IMG/VR virus record: IMGVR_UViG_3300020577_003313
DNA from: a virus
Lineage: Duplodnaviria; Caudoviricetes
Direction: 5' to 3' (one strand)
DNA length: 64,000 nt
Shown: positions 6,832 to 16,673 of the stretch, in pieces
Position numbering within the stretch: position 1 is the first letter of the stretch
How the letters are laid out: each line of letters opens with the position of its first letter
Notes under the pieces: model-generated
The model's database searches: none
Told to the model about the DNA's origin: nothing
What the model saw: the letters and a program-made list of their open reading frames with translations, nothing else
Translations under genes and position numbers: made by a program

Positions 6832-8708
6832 CCGAAGAATATAAGACATACATCCCTGAGTATGATTATGCGGCTACTAATTATAGACCGTTAGGTAAAT
6901 CATTTACAAAAGACCAGTGCGGCGATTGTAAAAAATACTACAAGATGCTCTTCGAGAAAGGACTCACAAAGAGTGAGTTCCCTGTTCCGTGTCAGGGACA
7001 CGTCATGGATCAGGTTGCCTTACTTCGTCCTTCTGACTTTGAAACAGAAGATGAGTACGAAGAAGCTAAAATTCTAATTGATCCAGTAGCCTGGGCTAAA
7101 TACGAGTTTGATTGGGATCACAGATGGTACCAGGAACTAGTTTCTAGCTGTACTGCTAAAACTAAGATACTGAGAGGCGGCAGAAGATCTGGTAAGTCAC
7201 GTGTAGAGATCATCTTAATGCTACACGAAATGATGACATTACCCAATAGAAGAGTTCTACTTCTCTGTCCTAGCGAAAGACTAATAGGTGAATTCTTTGA
7301 AGTAGTAGAAGAGTTCATTAAGAAGAGCACGTCTCTAAGAAGTTCTATTGAGAGAAATACAAAAAACCCTCATCTTCTGAGACTAAAGAATGGATCCAAG
7401 CTATTAGGCATTTCAATTTCTCCAAAAGATCCCGATGCTGGTGACAAGGCGAGAGGTTTCGATGCTCACCTAGTTATTATTGACGAAGCTGAAATGTTCA
7501 AAGACAAGGACATGGATGCTATCCTTGCTTTGCTAGCTTCTTCTGAAGAAACAAGAGTAATGATTTCTTCTACTCCAAAAGGTTTAAGAAAGCATTTCTA
7601 TCACACATGTACCAATAAAGACATGGGGTACAAGGAGTTCTGGTGGATTTCTGCTGAGAAGCCAGACTGGACTCCAGATATGGAAAGAACGTTCAAAGCT
7701 AAGTTCAATCCGACCGCATACACACAAGAATTCGACGCCGACTTCGGAGATCTCCAAGAAGGTGTTTTCAAAAAGAAATTCCTTGACGCTGCTATTTCAG
7801 ATTACGATACCATCAATGCTGTACCAACTGGTGGAAAGTATGTATTAGGAGTAGACTGGAATAGATCTGCTGGTGTTCATATGGCTATCATTGAGATAAT
7901 AGGTAATACTCAAATGAAGCTAATACAGAAGTTAATAACACCAGAATCAGAATACATGCAAACACAGGCAGTTCAAGATATCATAAAGCTCCACAGTAAG
8001 TGGAGATTTATGCATATATTCGTGGATAGAGGCTACGGAGACACGCAAATAGAACTACTTAGACAGTGGGGTACTACAAATCCGGCGTCCGGCCTCGCTG
8101 AGGCCGTGAAAGGTATCCATATGAACCAGCACATAGAAGTAAGAGATCCTGTGACTGGACTGCCGGAAAAACGCTTCGCTAAGCCATTCATAGTACAACA
8201 GACTGCTAAATTACTAGAAGACGGCAACCTAATACTACCTAAGTCAGAAGACTACGGTCATTTAGCTTCTGAAGATAATGAGATCGAGGATATTGGGTTA
8301 GTGCAGCAAATGAGAAACTATAAGGTAGAGTCTTACTCTATTTATAACCAGCCGCGATATTCTCAGGGTGCTGACCACACGCTAACCGCGTTCATGTTGG
8401 CCTGCGCTGGTTGGGTACTATATGAAGGTGATCTTAACAAGATCAACTATTTTACTAAAGTACTTAGTATACCGGCTAATACAACTCCGGCAGTGGAACT
8501 GCCGCTTACTGCTATAGAAAGAGAAAAAGATTTGACTAAGTTCAAATTAATAAATGCTACCGGCAGAGTAGCTGAAGTAAGGAAGCCAGCAGGAATAAGA
8601 GACCTGGATAAGTCAATGAACTCCAGAAATCCATACTACAGCCCTCATCCTGGCAATAGTAGTAGAAGATCTTCATTTGGTAAGCCAAAAGGTAGAGGAA
8701 CTCTGTAA
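6828..8708 (+). CDS. terL: terminase large subunit
   Basis: Walker A GGRRSGKS, Walker B LVIIDEAE, coupling motif SSTPKG, nuclease LGVDWN and DH; ATG 6828 overlaps the upstream TGA (ATGA). Confidence 0.95.
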   Translation: MTEEYKTYIPEYDYAATNYRPLGKSFTKDQCGDCKKYYKMLFEKGLTKSEFPVPCQGHVMDQVALLRPSDFETEDEYEEAKILIDPVAWAKYEFDWDHRWYQELVSSCTAKTKILRGGRRSGKSRVEIILMLHEMMTLPNRRVLLLCPSERLIGEFFEVVEEFIKKSTSLRSSIERNTKNPHLLRLKNGSKLLGISISPKDPDAGDKARGFDAHLVIIDEAEMFKDKDMDAILALLASSEETRVMISSTPKGLRKHFYHTCTNKDMGYKEFWWISAEKPDWTPDMERTFKAKFNPTAYTQEFDADFGDLQEGVFKKKFLDAAISDYDTINAVPTGGKYVLGVDWNRSAGVHMAIIEIIGNTQMKLIQKLITPESEYMQTQAVQDIIKLHSKWRFMHIFVDRGYGDTQIELLRQWGTTNPASGLAEAVKGIHMNQHIEVRDPVTGLPEKRFAKPFIVQQTAKLLEDGNLILPKSEDYGHLASEDNEIEDIGLVQQMRNYKVESYSIYNQPRYSQGADHTLTAFMLACAGWVLYEGDLNKINYFTKVLSIPANTTPAVELPLTAIEREKDLTKFKLINATGRVAEVRKPAGIRDLDKSMNSRNPYYSPHPGNSSRRSSFGKPKGRGTL

Positions 8709-10660
8709 TGAATAAGTTGGGCTATGACGGAACTCCGGAGTTCTCAAGAAAAAGAAAGCTAAGCGAGCTAAATCAGCAGGTCTCTGGTGACTTCACAATT
8801 GATCTAAAACCGCCGGTTGGCGATGATAGAGAAGTAGATGCTGACAAGCTATTCAAAGATCTAGCGGCTACCTACATTAAAGGTGAAGCCTTGAAGCGCG
8901 GACTGTCTAAAATGGATCCAGCTCAAGAAATACCCATTGATGAAACAGAAGAAGCTGTAATTGCTGCCGCAAGAAGAATAGCAGAAGAAGAATCTAGAAG
9001 TGGCACTGTAGTTACATACAGTATGTACCAGAATTGCATCAGTGCTATAAATGACAACAAATGGGAAATAAGAAGGTCCTATTTTAATCCTAGTAGTGTT
9101 TTTGAAGGCGCAGTCACAACTAGACACATATCTACTAAGGTACTTAGCAATAATAATGGAAAGAACAATCTACTAAAGCAGTTTTTTGACGAAAATGGTA
9201 TAGCAGGCTGTATTTTAGGTATGTTAACACTATCTCCATTCCAGTCGATAGTGTTCCAGGCTTTAGGAGTAGAAGAAGGCGCTAAGACAAGTCAATCTAT
9301 TCAAATACCAGTAGGAATTGCTTTCCTAATCGAACTAGGCATTAAAGCTGAAAGAATCAAAGATATAATGAAGGCTTCTAAGATTGATGTGCCTTTAGTA
9401 GAACAGCAACTAGTGAGAATGGAAAATCCAGATGAAAGAGCCACTGCTTTAGCTAGTGTTGGAGTGGATTACGGTGATTTCAAAAAGTCGATGTCTTTTA
9501 ATGATAATCAGACTATCATAAACTATGTAAGCCAGTACTACTCAAGATACGGCGGGCTAGTTGCACCAGGAAGTCATCTAAGTATAGATCACTGGATCGC
9601 ATACCTTCACGCCAGTGAGAATCAAATGATTCTCAAGAGTGCCCTTAACACAGCTGACGCCTATTCTCAGGATTTTGCTAATATAAGAAATCCTAGCGAT
9701 GATCAAACATCAAGCGCGGATGATGTGAATACTTTCACATCTAAGAATGAAAAGAACAGAATATCAGTTCACATAGCTAGTGCTACTAGAGCTATGAGAG
9801 AAAGAAGTGATAAGTTATACGATGATATACTTAATTCGTTTCTTTACAATGTCACAGATAGCCAAATCTGCTGCTTAGTGTCAATTTTCGGAGCTTACAA
9901 AGATACAGACTTCATTAAGACAATCGCGAGTCTTCTCAGACTGCTAGCGGTTGACCTAAGTGGAGAGATTGTAAGGCTAGACAATAAGATACGTCAATTT
10001 TTATCTAACTTATTCGCTCAAGCTATCTTTGAGCTAGCAGTAGATGTAGAAAGACTACTACAGAAGGTACTAGCTAAGGTAACCAAAGCCTTTACTGTAG
10101 AGATAGAAGGTTTAGAAAGATGTGTAGGATTGCTCTCTGTCGGATATGCAGTTCTAGAGGCTGTTAGAATCCTATTCAAAAATATAAAGCAATTACTCAA
10201 AGAATTGATGAGTATAGTCAATAACTATGGTCAGCCAGGGACAGGCGCGTGGACTGTGGCTGCTGATAGAAGACATCTATTAGGCATAGCTAGAATACTC
10301 GAAGTTCTAGCTGCTAGACTGGATGTTGCAAGTGTATGCGATCAAAAGATTAAAGATAAGACTCCTTCGCCTACTATAGAAGAAATTAAAGATAGGGCCG
10401 CCGGAGAAGTTGTACAATCAATGATAGAAACAAGCCCGCCGACCATACAATTATCAAATCAAGAAATTGATAAATATTTCAAAAACGTACAACCTCAAGT
10501 AAGCGAAAGACTTAGATTTAACTACGGAATACCAGGCTTGCAAAATCTTGAGACTAATGACACAAATACTAACTCTAAAGATTGCACGAAACAGATTAGT
10601 AAAGAAGAGGTTGATTCTCTCTTTAAGAGTTTCGTTGACGCACTAAATGACAATGGCTAA
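8708..10660 (+). CDS. large helical hypothetical protein between TerL and portal
   Basis: 650-aa ORF, TAATG-coupled. Confidence 0.8.
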   Translation: MNKLGYDGTPEFSRKRKLSELNQQVSGDFTIDLKPPVGDDREVDADKLFKDLAATYIKGEALKRGLSKMDPAQEIPIDETEEAVIAAARRIAEEESRSGTVVTYSMYQNCISAINDNKWEIRRSYFNPSSVFEGAVTTRHISTKVLSNNNGKNNLLKQFFDENGIAGCILGMLTLSPFQSIVFQALGVEEGAKTSQSIQIPVGIAFLIELGIKAERIKDIMKASKIDVPLVEQQLVRMENPDERATALASVGVDYGDFKKSMSFNDNQTIINYVSQYYSRYGGLVAPGSHLSIDHWIAYLHASENQMILKSALNTADAYSQDFANIRNPSDDQTSSADDVNTFTSKNEKNRISVHIASATRAMRERSDKLYDDILNSFLYNVTDSQICCLVSIFGAYKDTDFIKTIASLLRLLAVDLSGEIVRLDNKIRQFLSNLFAQAIFELAVDVERLLQKVLAKVTKAFTVEIEGLERCVGLLSVGYAVLEAVRILFKNIKQLLKELMSIVNNYGQPGTGAWTVAADRRHLLGIARILEVLAARLDVASVCDQKIKDKTPSPTIEEIKDRAAGEVVQSMIETSPPTIQLSNQEIDKYFKNVQPQVSERLRFNYGIPGLQNLETNDTNTNSKDCTKQISKEEVDSLFKSFVDALNDNG

Positions 10661-12791
10661 ATCTAAGGGTAAAGACATTCAGTTAGCTCTCTCAGGTGAG
10701 ACTGTTGCTAATATACAGAAAGCTCTAGAAACTAGATCTAAGATTCTCGGAAGAGTAAGAAGCTACGAGTCTACTACTCCTCCTAATGATGTTACTAGAA
10801 ACGCTAACTTTGTTAAGTCTCCATATGAGCTTGGCGAAATCGCCAGAGCGATGGATATCGAGGCTTATGTCATGCAGTCTATTAGGAAACATAGAACTGC
10901 GATCTTAAAAGAAGGATTTGAGATCTCTGGTAATGAAGAAGAAACAGTAAACTATGTAAAAAATAGACTATTCGAGATCTCCATGGTTACTGGCATACCC
11001 ACTTTACAGTGGCTAAGAGATCTGATAACTAATATCATTGCCTATCATAACGGTATTCTAATTTACAGAAGAGATCCTTCCAGATCTTCTGGAAAGAAAG
11101 TCAAGATGTACGGAAAGACCATCAATCCAATTGCTGGCATTTTCGTAGGCGACACAATCTCTATGGGAGTAGAGATTGACAGATTTGGAACTCCTATTAG
11201 ATGGAAGCAGAGAGTCGAATCACCAATGATCATGACTCAGGCTTCCAACGGGCCTCAGGAAGTGTATACTAATATCTTCGAGCCAGAAGACGTTGTACAT
11301 ATTCCAATAGATAGAAAGACAGGAATGACTTTCGGTACTCCGTACCTCATTACTGTACTAGATGATATCAGAGCTTTAAGAAAACTAGAAGAACTAATCT
11401 TAGTAATTGCGGAAAAAGAAGCTTTTCCGCTCTACCATTACAAGATTGGTACTCCAGAAAGACCAGCAATGGTATATAACGATGGAGGAGACGAAGTCTC
11501 CTTAGTTATGTCTCAATTGCAGAATATGCCTTCTAATGGCTATATTGCCACTAGTGAAAGGCACGAAGTTAAGTTAATTAGCCGCGAAAAGGCGGCTATG
11601 GATCTTTCTCCTCTATTGGAGTACTTTGAGGCAAGAGTACTCGCGGGATTATCAATATCCCCAATGGATATTGGCAGAGGAGATACCTCTAATAGAGGTA
11701 CAGGTAATCTAATAGGCAAGAATCTAGAAGATTCTGCAAAAGACTACCAATCAATCATATCTGAGTACCTTACTCAGTTCTTAGTTATCCCTCTTCTGTT
11801 AGAAGGCGGATACGACGTTACCTTGGAAAATATGGTCTACTTTGAATTCCCGACCATTGACCAAGAAGATCTTAGAGCCCATCAGAATCACGGATTGCAA
11901 CTTTATCTTGGTAATGCTATTTCCCTACAAGAATATAGAAACGATTACCTAAAGAAGAAGGGCGAGCTTGATGATACTGACACAAATATGCACAAGCAGC
12001 TAACTGCTGACATAACATTAGCCAGAGCTCAACCTAAGCCAGCAACATCTAGTTCTGGTAAGTCTTCTATAAGCGCGATAAAGCGTGCTGCTGCTAATAG
12101 AGCAAAGCCTGCTAATCAGTATGGATCTACAAATAAGAGTAGATTCAAAAAGAAAAACGATTATCTAGAAACTTGTCAATCTGCTATCTTGTCTATGAAA
12201 GACGAGATTCTTAAGATAAGTGCAGATCCTACTACAGTAGATGCCACTGTCACGAGATTGCTTTCTGAGTTTGTTAATAAGTGCGTCGCTGCTAGCGACG
12301 AAGTAATAAACGAAGCAATAGAAAGCGGATTCCATGCGGCTGAAGATCAATATTTTGACCAGAATCCTGAAGCTAGAGAAGTAGATGAAGAGCTTGGAGG
12401 AAGAACAGTTTCTAGGTTCTTTACTAACTTCGTTGCTAAATCATTCTGGAAAGTTCTAAATCCATACAAGCCATCAATAATTAGAAATATACAGCCGGAT
12501 CTGGCTGGTAATACTGCTTCTTATTTAGTAATCAAGACAGTAGAAGCTATTGCAAAAGACCTAAAATCTCTGATTCCAGAACAAATCGAGACTGCTAAAA
12601 GATTTGGGTTCGCAAAATATGCGAAACGCGTAGGTTACAATAAGATTGATTTTGTCAATGACGATCAAGAATTGGTAGAGCAAATAAATATATCAGAGAT
12701 AATCTACAAAGATCTAATGCCAACAGATACAAATAGTAACTGTTTTATGAGATTAACCTCTTCGGAGAATAACACTAGTGAAGATCTATAG
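10647..12791 (+). CDS. portal protein with C-terminal extension
   Basis: FEPEDVVHI, FGTPYL...DDIRALRKLEE, YFEFPTID portal-type motifs; located between TerL and protease. Confidence 0.85.
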   Translation: MTMAKSKGKDIQLALSGETVANIQKALETRSKILGRVRSYESTTPPNDVTRNANFVKSPYELGEIARAMDIEAYVMQSIRKHRTAILKEGFEISGNEEETVNYVKNRLFEISMVTGIPTLQWLRDLITNIIAYHNGILIYRRDPSRSSGKKVKMYGKTINPIAGIFVGDTISMGVEIDRFGTPIRWKQRVESPMIMTQASNGPQEVYTNIFEPEDVVHIPIDRKTGMTFGTPYLITVLDDIRALRKLEELILVIAEKEAFPLYHYKIGTPERPAMVYNDGGDEVSLVMSQLQNMPSNGYIATSERHEVKLISREKAAMDLSPLLEYFEARVLAGLSISPMDIGRGDTSNRGTGNLIGKNLEDSAKDYQSIISEYLTQFLVIPLLLEGGYDVTLENMVYFEFPTIDQEDLRAHQNHGLQLYLGNAISLQEYRNDYLKKKGELDDTDTNMHKQLTADITLARAQPKPATSSSGKSSISAIKRAAANRAKPANQYGSTNKSRFKKKNDYLETCQSAILSMKDEILKISADPTTVDATVTRLLSEFVNKCVAASDEVINEAIESGFHAAEDQYFDQNPEAREVDEELGGRTVSRFFTNFVAKSFWKVLNPYKPSIIRNIQPDLAGNTASYLVIKTVEAIAKDLKSLIPEQIETAKRFGFAKYAKRVGYNKIDFVNDDQELVEQINISEIIYKDLMPTDTNSNCFMRLTSSENNTSEDL

Positions 12792-14307
12792 TTCCCTCGA
12801 CTCTGTGCTGATTGATCAGCCCACTGATCCAATCATAAAAGACGCAGCTGTTGCTGCGGTAGCTAAAGATAAAAATCCTCGTCTATCTATTACCATAGAT
12901 GCTACCCATTCTGGGGTTATAACCAATAGAAGAGTTTATCCTGCCAAGACTGTATCCACAGGATACAAGTCGTTTACCTCTAAAGCTAACGGAGGTAGCG
13001 CGGAATATGATAAGCCAGTACTGAAGCATCACGATCTTCATGAAGATCCGATTGGTAGAATCGTTAAGGCTAGCTATGTTCCTCTAAAGTCTGGAAAAGA
13101 GTTTGACGAAGACTTTAAGAGACCAGATCCAGTGGGCGGTAAAGGTTCTGGAGTTGTTACTGTAACTGCATTAATTACAGATCAAGAGTCTATACAGAAA
13201 ATTATTGACGGTAGATACCTATCGGTATCTGCTGGACACAATACAGACTCAATGACTTGCTCTATCTGTGCAAAGTCTATCCTAAAGTGCAATCACTGGC
13301 CCGGCAAGTACTATGATGCCGAAGGCGAAGAAACTGATGAAGAGAACGGTTTTTACTGTTTCTACATCACAGGCAACATGGATTACGAAGAACTAAGCTT
13401 CGTTAATATGCCTGCTCAGCCACCAGCAAAGCTGGTTAATTTTAAATGGGAAGACTGCCTAGCTAAGTCTGATTTTGAAAAGAAAGACTTCCTCATAGAG
13501 TCTATGACGAGAGGCAAAAAGTCGATGGTTCGCGGCTTCTCTCTGATGGACGATGATGGGGAATTCAATCTTCTTAAGGGAACTTTCGAAAGTTCAACTA
13601 AGAAGACAGTAGTCGCTATGACTAGCCCAGTAGCCAATAATTCTGATAAGCATGCGGAGACGCCTAAAGTCCCTCAAGCAAAAAATTCAAAGAATAGCGC
13701 GGCTCAGGAAACAAACATAGCTAATTCTAACACTAAGGATTCAAAAATGGATCTTACAACCGAACAGAATGGCTTGGATGTACAGACGTTACAAACGTCA
13801 CTGCAAGCCGTCTCAGCAGAAAAAGATAAGCTCAGCAAGGAAAAAGCTGCGGCTGATCAGAAAATTGCTACTCTTGAGGCTACACTAGCTTCTAAGAATA
13901 GCGAAATTGAAAGACTCACAAAAGCTCAGACTGACTCTCAGGTCGAAATGAGCAAGGCTCTTGCAACTGCTCTAACTTCCCACAGAATGAAGTTGGGCAA
14001 GCCGGATACCGTTTCCATTGACTCCACAGAGAAGTTCAATGAATATGTATCTAAGCTAGCTAAGAGATCAGCAGATTCACTCAGAGATGCTATTGAAGAT
14101 ATCATGTCTGAGCTAGGTCACAAGGCTCCCACAGGAGCCAAAGAGAAAACTGAAGATAATGTGACCGCAAATTCTTCAGTAGCCAACCAAAAGCTGGGTA
14201 ATCCTGCTCAGGTTGACACAAAAAGCAAAGTTGTCCAAGCTGGCAAGGAACAACCTTCCAAGACTGGGGACTCCAAGCGCACGATTGATAAAGCCTTTGA
14301 TAACTAA
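12778..14307 (+). CDS. prohead maturation protease fused to a coiled-coil scaffold
   Basis: DATHSG, PVLKHHD...PIGRI, YLSVSAG, CSIC..C.H, ELSFVNMPA (HK97/herpes-type protease pattern); coiled-coil C-terminus; GTG start. Confidence 0.85.
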   Translation: MKIYSSLDSVLIDQPTDPIIKDAAVAAVAKDKNPRLSITIDATHSGVITNRRVYPAKTVSTGYKSFTSKANGGSAEYDKPVLKHHDLHEDPIGRIVKASYVPLKSGKEFDEDFKRPDPVGGKGSGVVTVTALITDQESIQKIIDGRYLSVSAGHNTDSMTCSICAKSILKCNHWPGKYYDAEGEETDEENGFYCFYITGNMDYEELSFVNMPAQPPAKLVNFKWEDCLAKSDFEKKDFLIESMTRGKKSMVRGFSLMDDDGEFNLLKGTFESSTKKTVVAMTSPVANNSDKHAETPKVPQAKNSKNSAAQETNIANSNTKDSKMDLTTEQNGLDVQTLQTSLQAVSAEKDKLSKEKAAADQKIATLEATLASKNSEIERLTKAQTDSQVEMSKALATALTSHRMKLGKPDTVSIDSTEKFNEYVSKLAKRSADSLRDAIEDIMSELGHKAPTGAKEKTEDNVTANSSVANQKLGNPAQVDTKSKVVQAGKEQPSKTGDSKRTIDKAFDN

Positions 14308-14322
14308 TAGGAATTAAACCCT

Positions 14323-15210
14323 ATGGCAATGCGTATTCCTCGCGGTTATGCACGTAACCGCCCGTACTTCCGCGAAGTCTGTGAAGGTGCCCGTCCCAAC
14401 TCTCAAGCAGTTGCACGATTACCATATACAGGACTTCCTCACGTCCGTGTAGACGATTTAACTCAGGATCCGTTCGTTTTCGATCCAGGTACCCTAGTAG
14501 GTATCATTACTGGTAACAACATTGGTTCAGGAACATTTGCTCCTGCAATGTGCTCTACTGGTTCTGCTGCTCTACCATCTGGATTCCTAAGAATCTACGG
14601 ATCTACAGAAGCAGCTACTGCTTGGGGACTCCCAAGCTCTTCTTCCGGTCAGCTAAACATTGGTGTTATTAAGCCTCTAGGCGTAATTTTCGCGCCTACT
14701 TATCACCCAATTCTATCTACTGCTTTCACCAACTATAAGCGGCAACACTCTATTGCATTCCTTACGGAATATGTAATTCAGGTTCCTGCTACTAACGATG
14801 AAGAAGTAAGAATTGAAGCTGGCGACCTTGTACAGGTTGGTTCTGGTAACCACTATGGTATAGGCTGCACATCTCCATTCGATACTCAGAAGCAGGCAGG
14901 TAGATATGCTCCGTACAACTCAGCCGACGTGTACGCTGCTGAGCGTATCGTTGGTCGCTGCTTGAAGAAAACCTATCTCGGATGGGGTAACTCTTCAGTA
15001 GCAACTGGTGACTTGCTAGCTGACAGCTTGTCTAACTTTACCGCATCTGCTGATGTCCTTGCAGAGTGGTCTGGATTAGACCAGGTCGAACCTGTTCCAG
15101 GTCTCGGTCTGTCTGGTGCGACTACAAAGGGCGTTCCTGCATTCCTTCTCGGGGCTCGCGCAGACTCCGCTAAGAGATTCTATGCACTTACACTACTAAT
15201 CAGACTCTGA
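14323..15210 (+). CDS. head decoration/cement-like structural protein
   Basis: Immediately before the major capsid gene; IEAGDLV...IVGRC beta-tulip-like pattern; high-expression codons. Confidence 0.6.
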   Translation: MAMRIPRGYARNRPYFREVCEGARPNSQAVARLPYTGLPHVRVDDLTQDPFVFDPGTLVGIITGNNIGSGTFAPAMCSTGSAALPSGFLRIYGSTEAATAWGLPSSSSGQLNIGVIKPLGVIFAPTYHPILSTAFTNYKRQHSIAFLTEYVIQVPATNDEEVRIEAGDLVQVGSGNHYGIGCTSPFDTQKQAGRYAPYNSADVYAAERIVGRCLKKTYLGWGNSSVATGDLLADSLSNFTASADVLAEWSGLDQVEPVPGLGLSGATTKGVPAFLLGARADSAKRFYALTLLIRL

Positions 15211-15221
15211 GGAACTAAAAC

Positions 15222-16604
15222 ATGGACCTAGAATTTGATACGTTAGATGACGAACAGAAGAAAGTTTTGGTTCCGCTTTACAACAAGCTCAAGGACCAAC
15301 TTCAGTCTGAATTCAAGCAAAAGATGGAAAAGCTAACCGGAGAGGATGCTCTACCGGAAACTGCTGACGAAGCTGTAAAGCTCGCTCATCAGGATGCTAA
15401 GCGTCTTGAAACAATGACCAAGCTCTGGAAGAACAACGGCTACGTCTCTGGTGCAAAAGACCAGATCACGCTAGATCAGATGTTCAAGAAAGATCTTGAG
15501 CTAACAGCGAAGATGAGAGACAATACTTCGACGGATCACCCACTCTTGATCCCGAGAGTTATCTCTAACATTGCTAGAGAGGCAATTGAGCCCGCTCTAG
15601 TAATCACTCCGCTACTTCAGAGAATTAACTATTCTCACGGCACCACAATCCGCTTCCCAGCAGTTAGCACTTCCATGCAAGCTGCGGAAATGGGTGAAGG
15701 TGAAGAGTACCCAGAAGGTACCTTCGAGCTTGCTGGTCAGGCTGAAGCGACGATTGGAAAGCAGGGTATTGCATTCAAGGTTACAGAAGAAGTAATTCGC
15801 TATAGCCTTTTCGATGTAATCTCTATCCTTTCTCGCGCGGCAGGTAAGGCAATGGCTCGTCTAAAAGAAAAGAAGGCTGTGGCCTTGATTACTGCTGACT
15901 ACGGCACTACGCTGATTGACAACTCGTCTGCTTCTTACAGAAGCTCGACTGGTCGTGACGCTGCTGGTGCGTACAACGGTACTCTCTGCCTAGACGATCT
16001 TTTCTATTGCTACGCGACAATGGTCGACCGTGGCTTCATGCCAGATACTCTAATCATGCACCCGTTTGCATGGCAGATCTTCGCTCAGGAAGGTATTGCA
16101 AGAGCGTTTGGATTCTCTCAGGGTTCTCCAGAACTCATGTGGAGACTCGCTCAGGGTAGACTCGGTAATGCTCCTCAGTTCCGTGCTGGCGGGCTAAACC
16201 AGAATACCTGGGTAACTAACGTCGGTAACGTCGCAGGTACTTACACAAACGTGCCTTCTCCGTTCCCGCTACCGTTCAACGTTGTGGTTTCTCCATTCAT
16301 GCCCTACACTGCTTCAACGCAGAAGACGGACATTGTAATGGCGTCCTCAGCTGACCTCGGTCTACTCGTTGTCGATGAAGATCTCACGACTGACGAATGG
16401 GTCGATCCAGCGAGAGACATCAAGAAAATCAAGATGCGCGAACGCTATGGTATGTGTATGGTTAACGATGGTAAGGGCATTGGCTTACTTAAGTCTATTA
16501 AGGTCGCCAAGAGCTTTGACTTCGCTGACAAGTACGTCTATCAGCTTAGCAGCTTGACCAACCCGTTGACGGGTGATGCTGGTAACGTCCTACCGACTCC
16601 TTGA
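15222..16604 (+). CDS. major capsid protein (HK97 fold)
   Basis: LLIPRVIS...REAIEP, EMGEGEEYP, KVTEEVIRYS, PDTLIMHP, KMRERYG; strong SD; followed by a terminator. Confidence 0.92.
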   Translation: MDLEFDTLDDEQKKVLVPLYNKLKDQLQSEFKQKMEKLTGEDALPETADEAVKLAHQDAKRLETMTKLWKNNGYVSGAKDQITLDQMFKKDLELTAKMRDNTSTDHPLLIPRVISNIAREAIEPALVITPLLQRINYSHGTTIRFPAVSTSMQAAEMGEGEEYPEGTFELAGQAEATIGKQGIAFKVTEEVIRYSLFDVISILSRAAGKAMARLKEKKAVALITADYGTTLIDNSSASYRSSTGRDAAGAYNGTLCLDDLFYCYATMVDRGFMPDTLIMHPFAWQIFAQEGIARAFGFSQGSPELMWRLAQGRLGNAPQFRAGGLNQNTWVTNVGNVAGTYTNVPSPFPLPFNVVVSPFMPYTASTQKTDIVMASSADLGLLVVDEDLTTDEWVDPARDIKKIKMRERYGMCMVNDGKGIGLLKSIKVAKSFDFADKYVYQLSSLTNPLTGDAGNVLPTP

Positions 16605-16627
16605 TAGATAGGTAAGGATGTTTGAAC

Positions 16628-16658
16628 GTGGCCCGGTCAGCAATGGCCGGGCCATTTT
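16628..16658 (+). terminator. Rho-independent terminator with GCAA tetraloop
   Basis: TGGCCCGGTCA-GCAA-TGGCCGGGCCA-TTTT. Confidence 0.8.
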
Positions 16659-16673
16659 ACTTAAGAGGTAGCA

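Noticed and set aside
6828-16604. Inteins or introns in TerL, portal or MCP
   Set aside because: Motif spacing is normal and no splice-junction or homing-endonuclease motifs were seen
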